NCBI GenBank assembly: GCA_965369645.1
Contig: CBDURK010000001.1
Span: 1-24,180, forward strand
Source: an uncultured bacterium
Lineage (GTDB): Bacteria > Planctomycetota > Phycisphaerae > Sedimentisphaerales > Anaerobacaceae
Direction of reading: 5' to 3'
DNA: 24,180 nt
The translations under genes and the position numbers were made by a program. The notes below the pieces were generated by a model. It made no database searches, was not told where the DNA came from, and worked only from the letters and a program-made list of their open reading frames with translations. Every line of letters begins with the position of its first letter. Position 1 is the first letter of the stretch. This document shows, piece after piece, positions 9,683 to 16,444 of the stretch.

Positions 9683-11739
9683 TATTGGCTAATCTCCTCA
9701 AAACCACCGATGTCATATATACTTGGTGTGAGTTTTTCCTGGATATCGATTATAAAAATCTGCTTATCATTCGGATCTGCGGCTACGACATATTTTCGTA
9801 TATTTTTCAGAGATTCTTCGAGCACATTTAACCTAAGCTGCTTCTTGTAAATCTCTTTTGCGGCCCTGTATGCCTTGAGCTGGCTGTTAAAGCGTTCGCC
9901 GGCTGCTTTTGCAAGCGTAGCTTTTTCAAATGCATAGCTTTGTGATTCTCTCAGAGTCTTAAAGATATCACCTTTGGATTCTTCAAGTTCTGTATCCAAC
10001 TCAATACCAAGCTTTTTGAAATCCTCCGGCCTGTTTGTTTTTTCGGCCTCCTGATATTTTACTGCGAGACTGTAAAGCTCGTCAGCGGATGCCACTGAAC
10101 CTGCAAGTGCACTCAAACTTTCGTTTTTATTTGCCTGAGCTTCGAGTATAAGTGCCTGTTTCGTCTGAACCGCGCCGACAACCTCCTGGTAATCTGCCGC
10201 TACTTCAGTCGGTGGGTGGATACCCTGAAGACCCAGAAAGACGATTTCGATACCTAAATCAGCGTCGTCGCAGGCCTTCTGGATTTCACGCGTCAAAGTG
10301 TTCTTGGCTCGAGCCCTGCCTGCTCCAAGCAGGCTCTGCTCAAGGTCGGCTTCATCATCAACCTCGATTGTTGCACTGGTTGCGAATTTTGTAAGCTCAC
10401 GATAGCAGATAGCTTCGAGTCGTTTTTCCGGTTCTTTGTGCTTATAAATGAAAGAATACAAATCCTTTACTCTGTATTGTACCGGAACAGCGGCAATAAC
10501 AATTCCCACGGGCACGGCCGAATCGTCTGAGGATAGACCTGTTTGTTTACTTGCCACAAGCAACTGGTATTCTTCCTCATAATGCTGCTGGCCCCACAAT
10601 AACGGGCCATACCCAACTTTGTCGGTGTTTTGCTCTTTGGCGACAAAGCCGATACTAAGCTCCATTACTTTCTTCGTCGGGTACTTATAAGCGATATCTA
10701 TCGGCCATGGCCATTTTCTATGCAGTCCCGGGCCGACATGCCTGACTTTATCGGTTTTGCTTACAGGATTGCCGAATCGCTCTATTATTGCTTCCTCATT
10801 GGGTGCTACTACGATAATGCAACTCAACAAATATAGTGTAATGGCGGCAAATAAAACCAAAGGCGCTATTGCTTTTTCGAGCAGTTTATAAAACCAGGTT
10901 TGAGAAACCTTGAAGCCAAACTGATAGTCAATGGCACCTGCGGCACTATGGAATATTCCGCCCGGTTCATTTATAATCCCCAATAGCCTGCTGTCAAAAG
11001 CGCTTCTACTGTATTGTCCTTTTAGTCTCGGACGGTAGATATCGAAGATGAGATTCAAAGCGGTTTCGGCACCTATGAAAACAAGCAGAATCGGGACAAT
11101 CCAGTTAATTACGTTTAGCACGATGAAAATCTGGAATTGTGATAATGCCAACCCTATTGCTGTAGCAAAACACAAAACAGCTATGCTTAAAAGAGTGCTT
11201 CCCCCTGCTCTTAATGGTTTCCACTGCGGCTGGGCCGACATACCGGTGGCATATCGAGAGATTAAAAAGCTCATAAACGCGACTGCCGTCATTCCAATTG
11301 CACAAAGCAAAGTTTGTTGCGGCTTGCCTTCAAGGCCCTTCATAACGGTCTTTAATAAATAAAGTCCGAGACCTATTTCATAAGCGGCGATTAGTGTTGA
11401 GAATATGGGAATGAACCATCTTTCGAGTATTTGCAGATGCCGCTGAGCAGTGGCGAATAAACCGGCACGTTCGCCGCTGGCTTGAAAGATTGCCGAGGTC
11501 TTCTCGTCCTTGACCAGTTGGCCCATATCGAGTTTTTCCTGCTCTGCCAGGGAGCGTTGATGGAATTGAACAGATAAAACCAGCCAAATCAAAGCCGAAG
11601 AGAGAATCAACCAACTGATTGCAGAGAGGGCAAAGAAGCCGCTCCATCGGCCTAAGAAGAAGGCAATTCCGAAGAATACTACACTCAAGACTAAAGATAC
11701 AATCGCTATGTTTTCAGGGCGTTTTGATGATACTGTCAT
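9682..11739 (-). CDS. Long HflK-like SPFH protein fused to an N-terminal ~7-TM domain
   Basis: Residues ~1-308 contain about 7 hydrophobic helices. The C-terminal half has VVAPNEEAIIERFG, GLHRKWPWPID, VQYRVKD, LGIEIVFLGLQGIHPP and the HflK-type tail AYRAAKEIYKKQLRLNVLEE. Confidence 0.85.
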   Translation of the reverse strand: MTVSSKRPENIAIVSLVLSVVFFGIAFFLGRWSGFFALSAISWLILSSALIWLVLSVQFHQRSLAEQEKLDMGQLVKDEKTSAIFQASGERAGLFATAQRHLQILERWFIPIFSTLIAAYEIGLGLYLLKTVMKGLEGKPQQTLLCAIGMTAVAFMSFLISRYATGMSAQPQWKPLRAGGSTLLSIAVLCFATAIGLALSQFQIFIVLNVINWIVPILLVFIGAETALNLIFDIYRPRLKGQYSRSAFDSRLLGIINEPGGIFHSAAGAIDYQFGFKVSQTWFYKLLEKAIAPLVLFAAITLYLLSCIIVVAPNEEAIIERFGNPVSKTDKVRHVGPGLHRKWPWPIDIAYKYPTKKVMELSIGFVAKEQNTDKVGYGPLLWGQQHYEEEYQLLVASKQTGLSSDDSAVPVGIVIAAVPVQYRVKDLYSFIYKHKEPEKRLEAICYRELTKFATSATIEVDDEADLEQSLLGAGRARAKNTLTREIQKACDDADLGIEIVFLGLQGIHPPTEVAADYQEVVGAVQTKQALILEAQANKNESLSALAGSVASADELYSLAVKYQEAEKTNRPEDFKKLGIELDTELEESKGDIFKTLRESQSYAFEKATLAKAAGERFNSQLKAYRAAKEIYKKQLRLNVLEESLKNIRKYVVAADPNDKQIFIIDIQEKLTPSIYDIGGFEEISQ

Positions 11740-11775
11740 TTTTTATACCGAATTTATACTCCGAACAAAAAATCC

Positions 11776-11808
11776 ACATACACAGTATTCACATATATCT
11801 GTGTATGT
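11776..11808. promoter_or_regulatory. Perfect 10-bp inverted repeat (candidate operator)
   Basis: ACATACACAG (11776-11785), 13-nt spacer, CTGTGTATGT (11799-11808), in the divergent intergenic region 37 bp upstream of the SPFH operon start. Confidence 0.55.
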
Positions 11809-11825
11809 TCTTTACAAATTGCAAG

Positions 11826-11854
11826 TTGCATAATATAACAATAATCGTTATTCT
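11826..11854 (+). promoter_or_regulatory. Putative sigma70-type promoter for the divergent permease
   Basis: TTGCAT-N17-TATTCT. An overlapping alternative is TTTACA(11811)-N17-TATAAC. Motif match only. Confidence 0.4.
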
Positions 11855-11945
11855 GGCATAGAGGTAAATGAAAAAAAATTATGCTCTTAAATAAAACCAC
11901 TACACCTTGGTACTCAGCACAGGCGGTGCGGATTGGCAGTGACAG

Positions 11946-12908
11946 ATGAATAAATTATTTACTATAGCAAAAAATACTTTCATAGAAACCCTGAGACAGC
12001 CTGTATATGCCATTATTATTGTTGCCGCACTTTTCCTGCTCTTTATCAGCCCGTCTTTGACAATGTACACAATGAGCGACGACAACAAGCTTCTGCGCGA
12101 GATAGGGTTATCTACGCTTTTTTTAACCAGCTTGTTCATTTCAATATTTTCCGCATCCGGTGCAGTGGCCAAGGAAATGGAAAATAAAACTATAATGACT
12201 GTCCTGACCAAACCGGTCCAACGTCCGATATTCATTGTTGCGAAATTTTTCGGTGTGGCTTCTGCCGTGGTTCTGGCGCACTATATCTGCACTATCGCCC
12301 TGCTGATGGTAATTAGGCATGGTGTGCTCGAAACGGTAAATGACCCGCACGACTGGACGGTTATCGCTACAGCAGGGGTTGTCCTTGTCGCAGTATTTTT
12401 GCTAAGTGCTTTTTTTAATTATGCTTATGAGTGGAAGTTCTCGTCAACAGCAATCGTTTTAACCGGCATATTCGCTACCTTAGGTATTGTATTTTTGATT
12501 TTTATTGACATTCATTGGCAGTTTAATCCTAAGGATAATGGTATAAACGCCGTGGATATTTACGGCTCGATATTACTGCTTTTGGCTGCAATAATAATGG
12601 TGGCTCTGGCCGTGGCACTTTCCTCCAGGTTTAATATTGTAGTAACGCTCTCGTGCTGTATTGGGATTTTTTTGCTGGGTCTTGTAAGCGATTATGCCTT
12701 CGGTAGATTTGCCGATACTCAATTGTGGGCCAAAATAGGCAGATATCTGGTGCCGAACTTGCAGATTTTCTGGATTAGCGACGCAATTTATGAGGGCAGC
12801 CAGGTACCTGTAAAATATATCGTGATAACTGCCTCTTATGCCTTGTGCTACACAACAGCCATACTTGCATTGGCTATCGCCCTGTTCCAACGCAGACAAA
12901 TAGGTTAA
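11946..12908 (+). CDS. ABC-2 type transporter permease (orphan, divergent)
   Basis: Starts MNKLFTIAKNTFIETLRQP and contains the ABC-2 motif KEMENKTIMTVLTKPVQRPIFIVAKFFG. About 8 hydrophobic segments; no adjacent ATPase. Confidence 0.88.
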   Translation: MNKLFTIAKNTFIETLRQPVYAIIIVAALFLLFISPSLTMYTMSDDNKLLREIGLSTLFLTSLFISIFSASGAVAKEMENKTIMTVLTKPVQRPIFIVAKFFGVASAVVLAHYICTIALLMVIRHGVLETVNDPHDWTVIATAGVVLVAVFLLSAFFNYAYEWKFSSTAIVLTGIFATLGIVFLIFIDIHWQFNPKDNGINAVDIYGSILLLLAAIIMVALAVALSSRFNIVVTLSCCIGIFLLGLVSDYAFGRFADTQLWAKIGRYLVPNLQIFWISDAIYEGSQVPVKYIVITASYALCYTTAILALAIALFQRRQIG

Positions 12909-12937
12909 TTTCCGCAGCTATTTTCATGTCCGCCGCC

Positions 12938-13402
12938 TCAGACTTCTGTAGATATGTCCTTTATGACAGCTATCTCATCGCAATTTTGCTGCTTAGAGCA
13001 TTTCGCACAATCACTCCAGACCTTCATCGGCAGTGTTTCTTTTTTTACGATCTCAAAGCCTAATTTCTCAAAAAAGTCCGGCTCAAGCGTAAGTGCGAAA
13101 ACCTTCGGCACGCCAAGCCTGATGGCTTGTTCGATGGCGGCGGTCACTAACCTCCTGCCTATGCCCTTTTCTTTCTTCGTTACATCAACTGCCAGTGATT
13201 TTATTTCCGCTAAGTTTGACCAGACGACCTCCAGAGCACCGCACCCGACCACATTGCCATCGGCCTCGGCCACACTAAAGGTTTGCAGTTTCTCGTAAAT
13301 ATCAGACATTGGGCAAAACAGCATCCTGTCCCGCTCGGCATAAGAACTAATCAAGGCATGAATCGCCTCGACATCCGAAATTTTTGCACTGCGTATTTCC
13401 AT
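12938..13402 (-). CDS. GNAT N-acetyltransferase, short ArgA-like (amino-acid N-acetyltransferase) family
   Basis: Contains VVGCGAL, AEIKSLAV, acetyl-CoA motif KGIGRRLV, VFALT, FFEKLGF and the C-terminal LPMKVWSDCAKC...CDEIAV typical of stand-alone ArgA-like GNATs. Substrate is not provable from sequence. Confidence 0.8.
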   Translation of the reverse strand: MEIRSAKISDVEAIHALISSYAERDRMLFCPMSDIYEKLQTFSVAEADGNVVGCGALEVVWSNLAEIKSLAVDVTKKEKGIGRRLVTAAIEQAIRLGVPKVFALTLEPDFFEKLGFEIVKKETLPMKVWSDCAKCSKQQNCDEIAVIKDISTEV

Positions 13403-13411
13403 AATCGCAAG

Positions 13412-13439
13412 AGTATAACTAATTGTGTGAGATTTTCAA
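13412..13439 (-). promoter_or_regulatory. Putative sigma70-type promoter of the GNAT gene
   Basis: Minus strand TTGAAA-N16-TATACT, with the -10 ending 9 nt before the ATG at 13402. Confidence 0.45.
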
Positions 13440-13617
13440 ATAACAATCCAATTCTCCCTGGACAAAAGCCGGCGAATATAAAAAAGGAAAAAAAGGCTGG
13501 AAAAAGAATTGCAAAATCAGCGCTTAGAGTATAGCGTATAGAGTTTAGACAAAATAAAAAGTTGTATCAAGATATTAGTGAATTACTAATTGAGATACGT
13601 TTTACGGGCAAGAAATT

Positions 13618-14082
13618 ATGCGTTTTATACTTATTGACAAGGTTATTTCACTGGATATCGGCAGGGAAATAAAGGCTATCAAGGGCGTTTCTTTAGCTGA
13701 GGAATATCTGGCCGACCATTTTCCGGCGTTTCCTGTACTGCCGGGGGTATTGCTGCTGGAAGGGTTGATAGAATCGGCATCGTGGCTTGTACGCCGGACG
13801 GAAAATTTCGCGCATAGTATGATATTGCTTGAACAGGCAAAGAATGTAAAATATAAAAGTTTCCTGGCACCTGCTTCCCAGATAGAATATACGGTTGAGG
13901 CCAGAGTTATCGAGGAAAACATAAGCAGCTTTCGCGGTTTCGGCTCCTCGGATGGCGTACGGATTGTTGAAGCAAGATTCGGTTTGAGGCATTTTAATCT
14001 GGCCGACCGGGATTCAGCAATGGCTGCTGTCGATGCTAAGGTTATCGAAAATATGAAACAACGATGGAAACTGCTGAGTTAA
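13618..14082 (+). CDS. fabZ: FabZ-like 3-hydroxyacyl-ACP dehydratase (copy 1)
   Basis: Hot-dog fold motif DHFPAFPVLPGVLLLE with the catalytic His and Glu spaced by 14 residues. Confidence 0.85.
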   Translation: MRFILIDKVISLDIGREIKAIKGVSLAEEYLADHFPAFPVLPGVLLLEGLIESASWLVRRTENFAHSMILLEQAKNVKYKSFLAPASQIEYTVEARVIEENISSFRGFGSSDGVRIVEARFGLRHFNLADRDSAMAAVDAKVIENMKQRWKLLS

Positions 14083-14151
14083 TTTAGAGTTGGCAGTTGC
14101 ATTGTTGATGGACGAAATATAAGAAGGACTATTATACAGGTTGAGAATACT

Positions 14152-14157
14152 GGAGGT
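14152..14157 (+). promoter_or_regulatory. Shine-Dalgarno site of the ACP gene
   Basis: GGAGGT 8 nt upstream of ATG 14166. Confidence 0.7.
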
Positions 14158-14165
14158 AACAAAGT

Positions 14166-14561
14166 ATGGCAATGAATCGGGACGAAATAATTCAGCAGGT
14201 TCAGGAAGTTCTGGTTGATGCGTTGGGCGTTGACGACGATGAGGTTACAGCCGAAGCGACCTTGATGGGAGACTTGGGAGCTGAGAGCATTGACTTTTTG
14301 GACATAGTGTTTCGATTGGAAAAAGCATTCGGAATAAAAATCCCGCGGGAAGAATTATTCCCCGCTGAGAATTTAATGAACAATCCCGACTTTGTTCAGA
14401 ACGGCAAGCTAACCGAAAAAGGACTGACTGAATTACGAGAGTCGATGCCGCATACCGATATTACGGGATTTGTGGACGACCCTGACATTAACAAATTGGG
14501 TGACCTGTTCACTGTTAATGCGATTGTAAATTATATTGAAGGCAAGCTGAATGCTGCTTAA
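14166..14561 (+). CDS. Elongated acyl carrier protein (131 aa)
   Basis: Phosphopantetheine site DLGAES41IDFLDIVFRLEKAFGIKIP, C-terminal FTVNAIVNYI and a ~47-aa insertion between them. Acidic composition and a strong RBS. Confidence 0.9.
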   Translation: MAMNRDEIIQQVQEVLVDALGVDDDEVTAEATLMGDLGAESIDFLDIVFRLEKAFGIKIPREELFPAENLMNNPDFVQNGKLTEKGLTELRESMPHTDITGFVDDPDINKLGDLFTVNAIVNYIEGKLNAA

Positions 14562-14606
14562 AATAGTGTAAAGTTCCCGAAGCTGTTAACGGCAGGATGG
14601 CTTAAA

Positions 14607-15116
14607 ATGCGCTGGATATGGATAGATAAATTTATTGAGTTTCAAAGCGGCAGGCGTGCCGTCGCGATAAAGAATGTAACCCTTGCCGAGGAGCATTTAC
14701 ACGACCATTTCCCCGGCTTTCCAGTTATGCCGGAATGCTTAATGATTGAGGCAATGGCCCAGACATCAGGCATACTTGTCGGAGAGGCAAAGGATTTTCA
14801 GGAAAAAGTCATCCTTGCGAAGATTAAAAAAGCCGTCTTTTTCGACTATGTAAAACCGGGCGATACGCTAAAATTAGATACGGAAATAGAATCTATTGCT
14901 CCGGAAGCCGCAAGCACAAGCGGTAAAATTACCTGTGCAGACAAGTTAATTGCCGAGATAGATTTAATGTTCAGCCATATAGACCAGAATCTGGCGGGTA
15001 AAGAATTTCCTGAGGAAAACTTTGTGTTTACTTCCGAGGCATCGGTTTTCGAATCACTTTTGCGAGATGTGGTCTCAGGTCGCGCCAGTTCCGGCGCCGA
15101 TTCGGAGCAAAAATGA
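14607..15116 (+). CDS. fabZ: FabZ-like 3-hydroxyacyl-ACP dehydratase (copy 2)
   Basis: DHFPGFPVMPECLMIEAMAQ and F...VKPGD motifs. ATGA overlap with the next gene. Confidence 0.85.
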   Translation: MRWIWIDKFIEFQSGRRAVAIKNVTLAEEHLHDHFPGFPVMPECLMIEAMAQTSGILVGEAKDFQEKVILAKIKKAVFFDYVKPGDTLKLDTEIESIAPEAASTSGKITCADKLIAEIDLMFSHIDQNLAGKEFPEENFVFTSEASVFESLLRDVVSGRASSGADSEQK

Positions 15117-16444
15117 TGAATTCGGCTCGCGTAGTAATAACCGGCCTTGGTGCAGTCACCCCCCTTGGATTAACCATAAGTGACACCTGGGCGGCCCTAT
15201 GTGCCGGTAAGTGTGGAATAGACAAAATTACGGCATTTGATCCTGTTGGCTTTACTTGCAAGTTAGCTGGTCAGGTTCCCGATTATAAAATACGAGATCA
15301 TGTGCCGAAGACATTTCGCAAAGCTGTTAAGCTGATGTCCAGGGATATCGAACTGGCGATCATAGCGGCAAACGAAGCGTTGACCAACAGCGGCCTTATT
15401 ACAAAGGGCATCGACCCGGAAAACATCAACGTCAATCCTGAGCGTATGGCAATCAACCTGGGGGCGGGCCTTATAAGCTGCGATCTGGTTGAGCTTGCTC
15501 CAGCAGTCGCTGCAAGTATCAATGACGGTAAATTTGACATCCGTAAATGGGGCAAAGATGGTCTTGAAATGGTCACGCCCTTATGGCTGTTGAAATATCT
15601 TCCCAACATGCTTGCCTGCCATATAGGCATCATTCACGATATTCAGGGGCCGAGCAACTCTATCACCTGTGCAGAAACCTCTGCGCATCTGGCAATAGCT
15701 GAAGCAACGCAGATTATCTCTCGCGGTGCCAGTGACATTGCTCTTGCCGGCGGTGCTGAGGCCAAGGTTAATCCGATAGTTATGATTCGCCAGTGCCTGC
15801 TTAAAAGAGCTACCGATCAAAACAATGATGAGCCCGCTTCGGCCTGCAGACCTTTTGACGCTGATGCCAAAGGCTCGGTTTTCGGCGAAGCCGCCGGCAT
15901 GGTCATATTGGAAAATCTGGAAAATGCCGAAAAGCGAAGTGCAAAAATTTTAGCCGAAGTTGTTGGGATCGGCCAAAGCAATAATATTAATCCTCAATAC
16001 GAATATCTTGAGCCGGATGGTAAAGGCCTTGAAATTGCAATTAAAAAGGCGATGGCTGATGCTCAGATAGGGCCCGATGATTTAGATTTGATTATTCCGC
16101 ATGGCACGGGAATACCAGCCGATGATTTGGCTGAGGCAAAAGCTATTCAAACGGCTCTCGGAGAAGCGGCAACCCGAACGAGCCTCTGGCCGACCAAGAG
16201 TATGCTAAGCAATACAGGCGCCGCAAGCGGAGCAGTTGATGTTATCGCCGCAGTCTGTGCTATGGCTGACGGCAAAATACCCCCCGCGAAAAACTGCGAC
16301 AGGCTAGCTGACGGTTGTGATTTGAATATTTCAGATAAACTTCAGGAAAAAAAGATTCGTTATGCTCTATCCTGCAGCTATACATACGGCGGACAAACAG
16401 CCGCGGTGATTTTGAAGAATTTTGATGGCGATATGGTAAACTAA
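15113..16444 (+). CDS. FabF-like ketosynthase homolog lacking the catalytic Cys (chain-length-factor-like subunit)
   Basis: KS fold motifs RVVITGLGAVTPLG, RPFD and GEAAG. The active-site region GPSNSITCAE places Glu188 at the Cys position; H330 is kept and the second His is replaced by Asn367 (KSMLSN). Confidence 0.85.
   Translation: MMNSARVVITGLGAVTPLGLTISDTWAALCAGKCGIDKITAFDPVGFTCKLAGQVPDYKIRDHVPKTFRKAVKLMSRDIELAIIAANEALTNSGLITKGIDPENINVNPERMAINLGAGLISCDLVELAPAVAASINDGKFDIRKWGKDGLEMVTPLWLLKYLPNMLACHIGIIHDIQGPSNSITCAETSAHLAIAEATQIISRGASDIALAGGAEAKVNPIVMIRQCLLKRATDQNNDEPASACRPFDADAKGSVFGEAAGMVILENLENAEKRSAKILAEVVGIGQSNNINPQYEYLEPDGKGLEIAIKKAMADAQIGPDDLDLIIPHGTGIPADDLAEAKAIQTALGEAATRTSLWPTKSMLSNTGAASGAVDVIAAVCAMADGKIPPAKNCDRLADGCDLNISDKLQEKKIRYALSCSYTYGGQTAAVILKNFDGDMVN

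Noticed and set aside
12968-13015. C-x2-C-x5-C cluster at the GNAT C-terminus as a novel metal site linked to the P1B locus
   Set aside because: As I recall, this is a general trait of the short ArgA-like family, so it is not specific to this locus.
13564-13598. Imperfect dyad ATTAGT-N5-ACTAAT upstream of the first fabZ
   Set aside because: Only 6-bp arms in AT-rich DNA; cannot be distinguished from chance without comparative data.
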